A program made the translations under genes and the position numbers. From Rhizodiscina lignyota (lineage: Eukaryota), in the NCBI GenBank assembly GCA_010015805.1, contig ML978133.1, forward strand, positions 372,001-436,000: 64,000 bases of DNA. The letters are read 5' to 3'. The first letter of the stretch is position 1, and each line of letters begins with the position of its first letter. The notes under the pieces are model-generated. The model had not been told where the DNA came from and searched no databases. It saw only the letters and a list, made by a program, of their open reading frames with translations. This document shows positions 35,200 to 49,112 of this stretch, piece after piece.

Positions 35200-35399
35200 C
35201 TGTTTTGGGTATTGCGGGATGAGCAATTCGTGGTAGAGCGAGAGAATTGGCATACATGGGTTTGCACAGGGCATACGACGGTTCGGTTCGGATTCAACGA
35301 AATATCGTCAGATTATCCGCCCAGGGGTATTGAACGTCGAATCTATACTTTTTTGCGTATTCACAGAAACTCTTTAGAAAGACTCAGGTCATGGATTGA

Positions 35400-36819
35400 T
35401 CACACGACGATGTGACTGTAGCACTTGTCAGTGGTCTGTCGGATATCAAGCATGTGGTACTTACCTCCAAGGATGACCCTCTTCGTCGCCATGCTGGATC
35501 CCTTCAATCCAATCCTTCATTTGCTGTGCGACGGGCCCAGCCTCAGAGTGGTCGTCGAGCCCGCACTCTACCAGTCTATCTCTCCAACAGATCCTCCTAA
35601 CAGGGCTGACAACGGCGGCTGTACCAGCGCCGAACACTTCCAGCATCCTCCCCTCATCCGCAGCATCAGCCAGCTCCTTCATCGTTACCTTCCTCTCCGT
35701 GACCATCCAACCCTTTGGCTGAAGTCTCTCCCTTGCTAACGCTAGCACCGAATCCCGCGTTACGCCCTCCAAAATTGTTCCATCCAACGGCGCAGTCAGC
35801 AACTCATTTTGCCCTGTCTCCTTGTTCTTCATGGCGACGAACAAGTTCATCGTCCCCACCTCAGTGATATACTCCTCCTCGCCGAACAGCCACAGGTTCT
35901 GATGGAAGCCACGGCTGGCGGCCTGCATCTGTGGCACGATGCATGGTGCGTAATTGGCACCTAGCTTCTTGTCGCCAACTCCGCCGGGCCAGGCGCGTAC
36001 AGCGTAGTCGGTCGCTTCGAGCGAAACGGCTTTGAAGCCAGTGGGGTAGTAAGGGCCGACAGGGGAGGCAATGACATATAAAAGCGCGGAGCCAGGAGGG
36101 CCAACACCGAGGGTTCGCTGGGTGCCAATCATGGTGGGGCGAATATACAGAGAATACCCGCGTTGCCTATAGTTTGTCTAAGTATGTGCCTCGTATCGGA
36201 CTTGCATGAGGGAGCACTCACGTTGGGATGAAGCGCTTGTCCAATTTCACCAGCTCCCCAATCAGGTGAGTCAGAGCTTCTCCATCGAACGTGGGCAGAG
36301 CTATCCGTGCAGAGGACTTATTTAATCTAATCATATTCTTGTCCGGCCGGAATAGTCTAACTTGGCCCTTCGAGTCTATGTATGCCTTCATGCCCTCGAA
36401 GCATTCAAACGCATAGTGGAAGACGCAGGTGGCAGGATCGAGGCTCAGATTCTGGTAAGGAGTTATCCGAGGTTGCAGCCAGCCATCTGAAGCGGTCCAT
36501 TCGAGAGAGAGCATATGATCTGAGTAGCAAAAAGTGGTAAGCCCAAGAATGGTCAGAGGTCGCGTGCGGTGCAGGTACCTGTGAAAGACCGCCCAAATAC
36601 CAACTCCTCTGGTGGAAGCAAGTCTTTTGGAGTTGTAGTCTTGGTCACCGAGAGCTTCGATGGGTCAATCTCCGCCAATTTGACTGTAGAGGCAGCATCT
36701 GCGTGGATGCTATACGCCCTCCGACATCGCTCTGAGGTGATGAATCTTGACGAACGAGAGGCACTGCGAAAGGACGTGGACAGAGGCCTGAACATCGAAG
36801 AGACAGTCTTGGTAGCCAT
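35400..36819 (-). CDS. BAT1: Branched-chain amino acid aminotransferase with mitochondrial presequence; 3 introns
   Basis: [45 protein letters not shown] lysine in [33 protein letters not shown]; last exon SHIVV*. Confidence 0.95.
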
Positions 36820-37168
36820 ATTGACAGAGACTCTAACGCTCACATGAAGAGGGAAATTAGTGAAGAGACAGAATGACAATTGGAAGAGTCATAGCGGTGG
36901 ACAAACAATTTTGTTAAAGGGCGCGCCCCCAAATCGGAGCTCCGTCCTGTCTTTCGCGCGCATATCGACGGCCCGAGCTCTCAGCGGGGACACTTTGCCC
37001 TGTTCAGTGCGCTACATACAGCCACATCTTCACTCGTGCTAATAATGGTAATGCCACTCGCACCCGACTCGAGAAAACAAGCAGCTCAGGAAACTGCCTA
37101 AGGGCCATGCTGAGCCGATTCAACCGTATCACGAGCGCCTTTCGCCCCGCAGGATTCACGAGAGCGAC

Positions 37169-40130
37169 ATGTCAGCCATGTTCTCGTCCGCGTTGAAATC
37201 TTTCACCTCGAATATATCCTCAAACTACTCCATAGCGCCGAATCCATGCTCCTTCTCCGGACCATGGAAGATATTCGATGCAAAGAAGAAATCAACGGGC
37301 AAAGCTGTTTCTGTCTTTGTCTTCGACAAAAAGTCATTGGAGTCTCAAGGAGGAGGCTTGGGAGGCCGCTCGAGCGCGTCTTCGCTGAAAAGAGCACATG
37401 AAGAAGTCGTGGAAAGGTTAAAGAGGGGGGCAAGCTCCCTCGCACGATTGCGGCATCCGAGCATACTAGAATTGGTGGAACCAGTAGAAGAAACCCGCAA
37501 TGGAGGGCTCATGTTCGCTACCGAACAGGTTACAGCTTCGCTGGCTGGCTTACTACAAGAGAAAGATGAACAGGAGAGGGTGGGAGGCGTGGGAGGGCGG
37601 TCGAGTCGCTACGTGGTAGAGGAATCAGATGGCACAAGGCGGCGGAGAGAGCTGGAGCTTGATGAGCTGGAAATACAGAAGGGCTTACTGCAGATTGGCA
37701 AGGGCCTAGAGTTTCTGCACGAAAGTGCGTCTCTTGTGCACGGGAACTTGACGCCTGAGGCTGTCTTCGTCAATGCAAAGGTATGGCTCATGTGTCCCTG
37801 ACTTCAGTGTCCTAAATTGATCATTTGCAGTCCGACTGGAAGATATCAGGCTTAGGCTTCTCCGGTCCAGGAACAAATTCAACAGCCCCTTCCAACTCAA
37901 GCCCACTCTCTCTATCTGAAGCTTTGAATCATGATCCAAGGCTTCCAGGTACTGTCCAGCTCAATCTTGACTACACATCGCCTGACTTTGTGATGGACAA
38001 TAACGTCTCGTCTGCTGCCGACATGTTCTCGCTCGGACTTCTTATTATTGCTCTCTATAACTCGCCACATCAGAGTCCATTGGAGACACATGGAAGCTTG
38101 TCTTCGTACAAGAGGGTATTCAGTTCCTCGTCAAGCGTTCCCAACCAGAGTAACAACTTTCTCTCTGCTTCACCGATCCCAAAGGACCTTGCTTCGACAG
38201 TCTTACCTCGCCTGATAACGAGAAGGCCAGCCCAGAGAATGACTGCGAGAGAATTTCAGGACTCCCAGTACTTTGACAACATCCTGGTTTCAACCATCCG
38301 ATTTCTGGACGCGTTACCAGCAAAGACGCCCAATGAGAAAGCCCAGTTCATGCGTGGTCTCCCTCGCATACTTAATCAATTCCCAAAATCAGTACTGGAG
38401 AAGAAAGTTTTACCAGCTTTGTTAGAAGAGATGAAAGACAAGGAGTTGATTGCGTTGATCTTGCAAAACGTTTTCAAGATCACTGCGCTCCTGCCTTCTG
38501 GTAAAAGGGCATTCACCGAGAAGGCCATACCTCGACTACGAGAGGTCTTCCTTGGGACGAAAGCAGCGTCTGCAGAGAGGGACACTTCAAAGGAAGCTGG
38601 CTTAATGGTCCTTCTAGATAATATGAGTATCGTTGCGGAGAATTCTTCTGGCAGGGAGTTCAAAGACGGTATGTTACCAACGTTGTCCCCCCATGCGCTT
38701 TGCTAATGTGTACAGATATTTTGCCTATTATTGTTCTCGCTATTGAGTCACCAACCCACTCACTCGTCGATGCCTCCTTGCGCACATTACCAACTCTTCT
38801 TACGGTACTCGACTTTACCACAGTGAAGAACGAGCTCTTTCCTGTTATTGCCGCTGTTTTCAGCAAAACCAGTAGCATGGGCATCAAGATCCGTGGACTC
38901 GAGGCCTTCCAAATCCTGTGTGGAGGTAGCAGGGAACCTGAGTCTAACGATGATTTGAATGGATTTGGTGATCCAAACAAGCCCAAGCCAAAACAAAATA
39001 GTGTCATCTTGGACAAGTATTCTATCCAGGAGAAAATCGTTCCGCTCCTTAAAGCCATCAAGACGAAAGAGCCTGCAGTCATGGTATGCATTCACATATG
39101 CTGCATGTAATGATTCTTACTAACTTGACGACAGATTGCTTGCCTCAATGTCTTCCGTGAGGTTGGCAAGATCGCAGACACTGATTTCTTGGCGATGGAT
39201 GTCCTCCCGATTTTGTGGAATTTTAGCTTGGGTCCTCTCTTGAACCTCGAACAATTCCAAGCTTTCATGACCTTGATCAAGTCTCTCTCGGCACGTATCG
39301 AAGAAGAGCACACACGTAAACTGCGAGACCTCTCCGCGAACAATTCAGTTGCCGCTTCTCGAGCAAGTGACTTGACGTCATTTAATGCGCCAGGGGGCTC
39401 GAACGGAGTCGGCAGCCCTTCAAACGGGGAAGTCGATTTCGAGAGTCTGGTGCTGGGCAAGAAGTCGCCAGGAGCCTCGGACATGTTCGAAGCAGGCTGG
39501 GATACCCAGCCAGCTCCAGCATCTCGTCCTTCTGCTATCCGCACTCATTCGCAGCAGCGCAGCATGGATAGTCCGTCATTTTCATGGTCCACACCTACAT
39601 CTCCTCCAGCTCCGAAGATGCCTGCATTAGCTTCCGCGCAGCCGTCATCTCGAACCATCACTCCAGACCAGTCTCTCGGTGGCTTTGCGGCACTAACACC
39701 GGCTTCTTCCTCCGCTAATACCACTTCATTCTCTCAATCTCTCCAACCTTCTCGTCCAACTATGATGCCTACAACATCAGCATCGTCTTTCCGTCCATCA
39801 ATGTCAAGCCCGCCCATCACTACAGCGCAAGCTCAGTCACCAATCGATTGGTCCGGCGCGGTGGGCGCGCTGAGTGCATCCAGCGGATGGGGAACGCAAT
39901 CACAATCGCAGTCCCAGTCGAAACCACCACAAACCTCATCTATGACAAGTCAATTCTCATCGTTCTCCGTGTCACCCCCACCAACGAGTCCTTATTCGGG
40001 ATTTGGCATTGCGCCACCTCCGAAGAAGCCGCACCCGGCAACACAGCAACAGCCGCAGCTACAGCAGATGGGAAACTCGAACATGCAAGGACAGAAATCG
40101 GGATTGGATAAGTACGAAAGTCTATTATAG
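37169..40130 (+). CDS. SCY1: SCY1-like pseudokinase with HEAT repeats; 3 introns
   Basis: GPWKIFDAKKKSTG, LARLRHPSIL, FATE, VHGNLTPEAVFVNAK|SDWKISGLGF; C-terminus KSGLDKYESLL. Confidence 0.92.
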
Positions 40131-40597
40131 ACCAATCAATCTATGGCAGCTTCCATGAATGCACGGATTAGCTTTGTTGGATTGTAAATTGCTTTCTTCT
40201 GGCGTTCTCAGCTCGGCGCGGCACAGCGCAAATGATACCCGTAGATATCCTAACCATCTCATATCTCGCCATCTGCGCAAATCCGGAATCTCGTCATAGA
40301 CATTTACATCCTTCATTCGTATACTTAGCGTAGGTTATTTTGATCTTTGAAGATTTTGTTGAGGATTACGGGACCGTTGCGCCGCCACCGTTTTATTCTC
40401 TGCGCTTTCTACTGGCTCGCAAAACGTGCTGACCCTTACAGCTGTAACTCTAATCGAACTTCGACTTCAGCCTTACGGATGACCTCTGCGACTCTCACGG
40501 ATTCAATTCACATGCTCTTTACTTCAGATTTCCTTTATCATCTCACAATGTACCAGCTCGATCTCTCTTCATCCGCAAGCACTCCATCCCCACCAGG

Positions 40598-41521
40598 ATG
40601 AAACTCTTCCTCCCCATTCTGCTCGCCTTGGGCGTAGCAGCGCTCCCTACCGATCCTCGTCCTCTTGATCCCCAAAATGAACTCAATGCAAACTCTGAGC
40701 GTGGCATCCTCGACGAGCCTGCCCCCACAACGAACGACTTAACCGACACGAAGGACACCCTCGCTGATCCTGGCTTTGGACGTCCTGGTGGGCGTCCTGG
40801 TGGCTTTGGTCGTCCCCATGGTCACGGTCGTCCTGGTGGCTATGGTCGTCCTCATGGCGGGGGTCATGGCCATGGCTGGGGTCATGGCCACGGCTGGGGT
40901 CATCATCATCACCACTACAACTCGTCTTCATATGGCAACGACACCCATTGGCATGGTCACCATTGGGACCACCACTGGAAAGAAAGAGGCTGGGATGCCC
41001 ACAGGTGGAATTACAGCAGCTGGGGCGGTAACCACAGCCACTATCATCACCACCCGTGGCATCATCACGGCGGATGGCATGGCAACAGATGGGGTAACAG
41101 GTGGGGTGGCAACAGGTGGCACGGTGGAGGCGGCAGATGGCACAACCATTGGAAGCTCGGCCGCCGCGAAGCCGCAACGCCAGAAATCCAGCACACACCC
41201 TTCCTTCCATCTGACCTCAACGCTGCTACGACAGTAAATTCAAATCTGCCCCTTTGCGGAGTCCAGCCGACCCTATCAGGCTGCGAGGGAATCCGTGTAA
41301 GCACGGAGGGGGTCTCGTCGTCTTCCACTACCACTACCACTACCACCAGCGATGCACCATTTGAGGGCGGCGAAGAATTTCCAGGCGGCGGATTTCCAGG
41401 CGGCGGATTTCCAGGTGGTGGATTTCCAGGCGGCGGCCCATTTGGCAACTTCCGCCGGCAGACGCCCATCACCACTGCCCCAGCATCGCCAGTCTACGTC
41501 CCAGAGCCGACCCAGACCTAA
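40598..41521 (+). CDS. Secreted His/Gly/Trp-rich low-complexity protein, 307 aa
   Basis: Signal peptide MKLFLPILLALGVAALP; GRP, GHGW and GNRW repeats; RREA and RR sites; (FPGGG)x4. Confidence 0.8.
   Translation: MKLFLPILLALGVAALPTDPRPLDPQNELNANSERGILDEPAPTTNDLTDTKDTLADPGFGRPGGRPGGFGRPHGHGRPGGYGRPHGGGHGHGWGHGHGWGHHHHHYNSSSYGNDTHWHGHHWDHHWKERGWDAHRWNYSSWGGNHSHYHHHPWHHHGGWHGNRWGNRWGGNRWHGGGGRWHNHWKLGRREAATPEIQHTPFLPSDLNAATTVNSNLPLCGVQPTLSGCEGIRVSTEGVSSSSTTTTTTTSDAPFEGGEEFPGGGFPGGGFPGGGFPGGGPFGNFRRQTPITTAPASPVYVPEPTQT
41378..41437 (+). repeat. 15-bp coding minisatellite, 4 copies (FPGGG)
   Basis: tttccaggcggcgga-type unit repeated four times. Confidence 0.9.
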
Positions 41522-42097
41522 TCATCGCCGGTAACTCGTACAGCACGGAGGGAAATGAGTAGAGTAATGGGAAACGGAGATGGTTGTTGATTTGTTGTAC
41601 AGTTGGAGTTTTGTATAATTGTAATTAAGACCAGCATAATTGGTGAATATTTGTAGATCCACTTCTGTCTCATAGCTAAATTCGATCGTCGTCAATTCAA
41701 CCAAATAATGTATATCCTATGACTTATGCAGCAACAACCTATGCTGCAGGTATGACAGTTCTGAATCTGAACGTCCTTCGATGGCCTTCCCATATTCAGA
41801 GGGTCCAACATATGTCATGCAAAGGAGTCGTCTGTGGTTTTCAGAAATACATGCACTGTGAAATATTTGGGAGGTGCGATGCAAAAGAAATATAATGCAG
41901 ACGCCGTGAACGATCTCCGGCCGGCGATTCGTGGGATGTTTGCACAGCCAACAAAGCTTGGCACCAGCGCGTCACGTTGCAACGATAAGCCAGGCAGCTC
42001 TATAGCTCCAGCGGCAGAACGTCGAGCTACAAACATCCCATCTTTGAGCTTCCAACCTCGCCATTGAAGCTCGTATCAACGCTAGTTTGCCGTCGCC

Positions 42098-43640
42098 ATG
42101 TCTCTCGATCCTCCAGCGTACATCCTGTCGCTTCAGAACAACATTAGAGCCCGGCCGATCTCATGGGAAGGCGCAGTTCGAGCGAAAACCATCACCGACA
42201 ACGACCTCAAGAAGATCAAGTCAATTGACAAGGTCAGGAAGGAGCAGAGGCGGCAGACTATCGAGGGAGATACAGAGAGCTATGTCAGCTTGCTGCTAGG
42301 CGGTAAAGATGGGCAGAGCATATTCCAGTCGGCGGCCAAGAGACCAGACATAATACAGTACATGCTTGTGCTGTCCGGAGACTTGATCGATGGTATTGAC
42401 GCCCATTCCAATATTTGCTATGTGTACAACTTGACTGACTTTGCGAAGACATACCGTCATTTGCTTCGGCCTTAACAAAACATCCCGAGCCGTACTCCCC
42501 GCTACTCCCACTCCTCAAACAGTCCTCGAACCCAGAGGAGCCAATACCACTCCTCACATCATCCGTTCTATCTAGCCTGATCTCGAGCGCGCTTATGTCT
42601 TCATCAAAAGCGGACAAGCAGCTCGGAGAAGCTCTCCCTCAGCTATACACATACCTTTCCAGTCTGGCCAAGAGCACCGACGCGGGCCTACAGGACATTG
42701 CGGTGCAGGAATACTCTGCGGTCCTGCGAACATCCACATCACGGTTACAATTCTGGAAACAACGCGACGAAACCTTGACACCGCTCTTCGACATACTCCG
42801 CAATGCCTCAGGCTCCAGCAGGGACACCGACTCGGCACTCTGGAGCGGAAGTTCCACAATCCGGTCAATATCAGATGGAGGTATTGGAGGCGGCGTAGGC
42901 CTGCAATTATTGTATCACGTATTACTCGTCATATGGCAGTTGAGCTTCGAGGGTGCAAGTGTTGGAGAGGGCCTGCACGAGTGAGTTGCGGTTTCCCATT
43001 TTCCATCAACCAAAGCTGACACGTATTTAGCGAACAAGATATTGTTCTTCTCTTCACACACTTGCTACGCCTCTCGCCTAAGGAGAAAACAACCCGACTG
43101 CTTCTTGGCACCCTTCTGAATCTCGTCTCAGCATCACCATCTGTCCTGCTGCCTGCTGCTGTCTTAGCTCGTCTTCCTACCACCTTGAAAACGCTCTCCA
43201 CCCGCCACCTCACCGACCCCGACCTACTTGACGACCTCAAGGCTCTGCAAGAGAAGCTCGACGAATACACTGCGACACAAACGACCTTTGACGAATACGC
43301 GGCGGAGCTCGAGACTGGCCACTTGCGATGGAGCCCGCCTCACAAGAATCCGGACTTTTGGCGCGAAAACGCACGCCGAATTCTAGACGAGAACAAGGGG
43401 GAGCTCATTAGAAAGTTAGCAGAGATCATGTCCAAGCCGTGGGAGCAGGACAGGCAGGTGCTCGCCATAGGATGCAATGACGTGAGCTGCCTGGTCAAGG
43501 AGGTTCCCGAGCGGAGAAGCCAATTGGAGAAGGCGGGATTGAAGGGTCGCGTCATGGAGCTAATGGCCAATGAAGACGAGAGCGTGCGGTGGGAGAGTCT
43601 CAGGGCGGTGGGAGAGTTCCTGCGATACCAGGTCGCATAA
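42098..43640 (+). CDS. VMA13: V-ATPase V1 subunit H; 2 introns
   Basis: IRARPISWEGAVRA, GLQLLYHVLLVIWQLSF, KEKTTRL, TTFDEYAAELETGHLRWSPPHKNPDFWRENA, VLAIGCND. Confidence 0.95.
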
Positions 43641-44838
43641 TTCGTATAATCATATTTGTACAGCCACGATGCTCCGCACGGCATCTTTGTATGCCGTACG
43701 GGTGTTCGGTGTAAGCTCTAGAGTCGGTTAAGAAGGAACACACTGGACTGCCGAGTAGGTAACGCCGACTTGTGGAATATCGGGTTTATTGTGTAGATTT
43801 GGGACGTGGGAGGTCTATAAGTGGAGCTCTACTCCGCGTTGTCCGTGAACCATGTGCGGCTGTCAGCACTCTATCCATCCTAAAAGTGACTACCGCGCGG
43901 CATCAGTGGGACATTGAGGCTGCTTTCTTACACACCTACGCCTGTCAACCCAACTGCCAATATAAAAAGAAGTGAGTGTCTGAAATCGATTCGTACAATT
44001 CCTAATGCGGCGAGAGCCACAGCTGCAGGAGATCTCCCGACTTGCAGCGACCCCCGTCGGCGAAGCCATTTTAGCGGCCGCACTTCCGGTCCACAGTGCA
44101 ATTCTTTACACGAAATGTCCGTAACGCCATCTCGGCCGATGAAGGCGATGGGATGGATGTACCCAAGCGCGGGAAAGTCGGCACACGTTTCTACTGGCAG
44201 TCGAACATTCATCGGGGTCCACACCACGGACCGTCCATGGCGTGCGAATCTTCCAAGATGCGACCAGCTGGTGGCCGATCGAGCGGTGGTGATGATGTCA
44301 AATGATGTGCGCTGCCTCCCATGAGCATGGCACATCGGCATAGCGTGCCTCTGCACATAGTCGCTGAACGTTATGGGCAATTAGTAATGGCACCGAATGC
44401 CAATTTCATCACGTCTTTCCTGTTTTTGGTGCTGCGTTGGACCCTCTGAAAAATGCCGAGCATCCCACTCTCTTCAAGGCATCACTCTTGGCCCTTGCAG
44501 TTTCAAACAGAGCCACAATTCCTCGAGGCCATTCCTCTCGGATGGTTGGTCCTATCGCCGCTGTGGACCTCTCCGGATCGGGCGCCAACCGAGGCACTGT
44601 CCCTGTTTAAAGGGTGTGAGTCGACGTGCAATACGTGCCGGTTCGGGTCTTGGGTGTAGGGTCGGGGATTTGGTGTGCATGTTTGCGATGTGATTGAATT
44701 GTCAGCTACTCTGCAGTTTGCTTCAGGCTTGGATTGTCACTTGGCTTTATACATTCCAGTCGACCGGCAACCCTAAGTGCTTTCCTGTTCTTTACCCTTT
44801 CCGAATAATTCTCTGCATTGAGGCAACCATCCCGAACC

Positions 44839-46788
44839 ATGGCCGAGAAAGAGAGACCCGATGGCACGGATGTCGAATCAGGGCAAGGGCAGGAGACCAT
44901 CAGACATTGGACTATGCTACTGGATCAGGGCGTCCTCACACCTTCAATCATGAACCATACCTACGATGGAAAAGGGACAGAAGATGACCCCTTTGTCGTC
45001 ACGTGGATCGAAAACGACCCGCGAAATCCACTACGGTTTCCTCAAATGTACAAATGGATGATAACTATCACCATGGGTTTTGCTACGCTCTCCGTCTCAT
45101 TTTGCTCCTCAGCCTACACGGGTGGCATTCCTACGCTGATGGAGGACTTTGGGTCGGGTGAAGAAGTGACCACCCTCGGCCTGGCACTCTTCGTGCTGGG
45201 TTTCGCCATCGGACCGCTCTTCTGGGCGCCCCTGAGCGAGCTTTATGGGAGACAGATACTCTATATCACGACATTCGGTGCGTTCGCCGCGTTCAATGCC
45301 GCCACGACCGGGGCGAAGAACATTTGGACCATCATCATCCTGCGCTTCTTTGCCGGCTCCTTCGGCTCCTCGCCGCTCACCAATGCCGGCGGTGTCATTG
45401 CAGACATGTTCTCCGCCAGGGAGAGGGGTCTGGCAATGTCGATTTTCAGTGCCGCGCCGTTCCTTGGTCCTGTACTAGGTCCGATCATTGGAGGCTTCTT
45501 AGGAGAGACTGAACGTTGGGTGTGGGTTATGGGACTAACAGCCACTTTTTCAGGAGCTGTGTGGATGGTGGGGACGTGTTTGGCACCGGAGACATATCCT
45601 CCGGTGCTCCTTCGCAAACGGGCGGCAAAGCTATCGAAGGTTACGGGAAAGGTGTACAAGACGAGGCAGGATATTGAGCAGGGCAAGATTGACTTGGTCG
45701 AACTTTTCAAGACTTCGATGTCGCGGCCGTGGATCCTCCTGATTATGGAGCCCATCGTCCTGCTTCTGAGGTAAGTTTAGACATTGCTTCGGTTGGAACC
45801 AGTACTGATATTTTCTAGTATCTATATGGCCATTGTCTACGGCACACTGTACCTGCTCTTCGGCGCCTTTCCTGTTGTCTACCAAGAGGGGCGCGGCTGG
45901 TCTCAAGGAGTCGGTGGCTTGCCATTCCTGGGTGTCATGATTGGCATGTTATTGTCCGTGACATACAATATCGTCGTTGACAACAGGCGCTATCTCAGAG
46001 CTGTCGAGAAATCGCCAGGCGGCTTTGCTCCCCCTGAAGCTCGATTGCCGCCTTGCATGATTGCCGCCATCATGCTTCCGATCGGGCTCTTCTGGTTCGC
46101 TTGGACCAATTATCCTTCCATCCACTGGCTAGCCAGTGTTGCAGCAGGTGTACCATTCGGCTTCGGCATGGTTCTTGTTTTCTTGGGAATCATGAACTAC
46201 CTCATCGACGCATACACCATCTTCGCGGCATCCGTCCTCGCAGCGAACGGCGTCATCCGTTCCATCTTCGGTGCCGTCTTTCCGCTATTCACAACCCAGA
46301 TGTATGCAAATCTAGGCATACACTGGGCCTCGACCATCCCAGCATTCCTCGCCCTCCTCTGTCTACCATTCCCCTTCCTCTTCTACAAGTACGGCGGTGC
46401 CATCCGAGCGCGCTGCAAGTACTCGAAGGAAGCCGACGAGTTCATGAAGAAGCTGCGTGGTCAGCTTCCGGAGCATCCGACGGCGGAGGAACTAGAGATT
46501 GAGGAGAACGAGGAACAAGACGCTGCAGACTTCTCGTACGAAGACGAGAGTCATCTGCCGCGATTCGAGAAGATCAGAAGTGGCACGAGTGCAAACGGAC
46601 CAGGTGCTCCGATGCTAGCTATGCCAGGCTCGGAGTATGAGGCTAACCCCTTCGATCTAGACCGCGTTAATACGAGGGAGAGCTTCAAGAGCCAGAAGAC
46701 CGACAAGAGTCATCATGACTTGAAGAGGGTCGGCAGTAAAGGCAGCAGCGCGGCGACTCTGGCGAAGAAGAGTGATGTAGACGCTTGA
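44839..46788 (+). CDS. MFS drug:H+ antiporter (DHA1/Tpo-like); 1 intron
   Basis: DPRNP, FVLGFAIGPLFWAPLSELYGR, RFFAG, GGVIADMF, GPVLGPIIGG, PETY, PPEARL, YLIDAY. Confidence 0.93.
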
Positions 46789-47984
46789 TGTTTGGATAAT
46801 AATTCAGCATTGTATTAGCGCATCTTGAGAACACGATTTCTTGACGTGTTCGTGGAGTTTAATAAAGGGCAAGGGGCGGCGTATTGTTTCGAAATAAACG
46901 AAAGTAGACTCGCACAAGCGTGCTGCCGTGTGGATCCGGCGCATAATTGAAGGCACGCTGGGATGACATCCACACTTACGATGTGTACAAGAAGACTAGA
47001 GAAAGTGTCGTCATATGGGTAGTGTGTCCATAGGATTAAAGGGGAATATATGGAGACATACATGCGTTTTCGCAAGTCAGCTCAGGCACCATGAGCGGAT
47101 CACATCCAGAATCGAACATTCACTGGCCCAATCGTGACACTTGGCATGTTTATTGAACAACTTGGAAATATACGGTTTCAGCTCATAGTGCTAACTGCGT
47201 TATTTATTGTACTACCTTCTGTAAATGGACGCAAGTAGCACAAGAACACCCGGCGTGTTATCGAATGAACAGTCGTAGACAGCGTACTCCTTGTTGAGCG
47301 GTAATAATAGAACCAGAGATGTGTTTCCTAAGTTGCCGCAAACACAATGTGTGGAGTCTATATTCTGCATGAACGCGCGTTCACCTTACAGAGCCGCTTG
47401 CAATGCATATCGAGACACTCGAACATCGATGGTGTTTCGGAAAACAACCCAAACAGTTTGTATGCGCGGATGCTGTGTAATACCGAATGTCTGCTCGTCC
47501 AGCAGGGTCATTTTGAACTTCGAGGCTGATCTCTACAGTGTTGTGGTTCCTCTTCATGAAGCTCCTATTCCTCACAGGCGCAGACATTATGAGATCGGTG
47601 CTGCCACGGCCGGAAATATTAGTTGACATGTCAGAAGGTGATTATATATATGCAAAGATGATTCTCGCATGCCATCACCGATGGGTGATGTTTGCTTGTT
47701 TTAGTGCGTGTTTGAGTTTCAGTATGGCCCCTTTTTATAAGGTGTGGTCAGTGCGCCTCCACAAATATGCATCAGGCATCTTGCATCTTCGAAACAATCT
47801 CCAATTCCCCACACGTCCCATCGTCAACTCACACTCTCTTTTCCTTTCTTCAGTCGCTCTTTTGATTGTCCTTCGCGCTGGGATCGCTGGTCTACGCCAT
47901 CAGCGAAGGCACGCGTAAACCTCTACGCGTGTGCCATCCGTCCATCCCTTCGTTCAAGAATAGTGCACGATTCACGACACAACA

Positions 47985-49112
47985 ATGAGGTTCTTTACGA
48001 CAATCTCCTTCGCCCTGGCGGCATCTCCAGCCCTGGGTTCGGCAGTGGGCAACTTGGGCTTCGCGCTGGGCACGAAGAATTCCGACGGCAGCTGCAAGGC
48101 TCAGCAGGACTATGAGGACGACTTTGATGCGATTGCTGCCGCGTCGGGCAGCAAACTGGTTCGTGGCTACGCGGCGAGCGACTGCAACTGCGCACAGTAC
48201 ATCCTGCCGGCGGCCAAAGCGAAGGGTGCCAAAGTAATACTGGGAGTTTGGTACGCGACTATTTTTGGCTCTTGCGTATTTGGCATGCTGCTGAAGCATA
48301 CCAATCGTTGTGCAAAGTGACACGAGAAACAGTATAGCTTACGCATAATTGATTTGGCAGGCCTGATACTGACGAGTCCTTCGACCTCGACAAACAAGCG
48401 CTCCAAAACTACGCGACAAAGTTCACGGACCAAGTCTACGCTGTAACGGTCGGCAGTGAGACGCTGTACCGCGGCAACTTCACCGCTGCCGAGCTGCTCG
48501 ACAAGATGGACGAAGTCAGATCAATCCTTCCGAACACTAAGATCGGAACGGCGGACAGTTGGAACAAGTACGCCGACGGCACGGCCGACGATATGATCAA
48601 GGGCAAGCCGGACATCTTGCTCGTCAATGCGTTCGGGTACTGGCAGGCACAGCCAATTGACAACGCGACGCACACATACTTCGACGATATGATGCAGGCA
48701 TTTACGCATATCCAGAGCGTGGCTGGATCGACTTCTTCGATTGAGCTGTGGAATGGGGAGACGGGCTGGCCAACCGATGGTTCGTATCTTTCTTTCCACC
48801 ATTCACTTGGGCTGTTCTAGAGCTCTCGGCGATGTGTTGCGAATTTGAACTATGGGCCAGTAGAGCTAACGCAAACGGAAAACAGGTGGTACGGACTACG
48901 GCGCCGCAAAGGCAGGCACTGCGAACGCCAAAACTTACTGGCAGCAAGCAGTGTGCCCCATGATTGACTGGGGCTTCAACGTCTTCTACTTCGAGGCCAT
49001 GGACGAGCCATGGAAGCCAGACTCCGTCGGCGACAACGGCAGCGCGCAGGACGAGAAGCACTGGGGCGCCATGACTGCAGCGAGGGCCGTCAAGTTTAGT
49101 CTGAAATGCTAA
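47985..49112 (+). CDS. Secreted GH17 beta-1,3-glucanase/glucanosyltransferase (Bgl2/Bgt1-like); 2 introns
   Basis: Signal peptide, GNLGFALG, VTVGSETLYR, GTADSWN, NAFGYWQ, GETGWPTD, FYFEAMDEPWK, EKHWG. Confidence 0.92.

Noticed and set aside
44600..44838. HOL1-type polyamine-sensing uORF (MLLLPS) upstream of the DHA1 transporter
   Set aside because: Only ATG-TTT-GCG-ATG-TGA is present (~44679), which does not match, and the protein looks Tpo-like.
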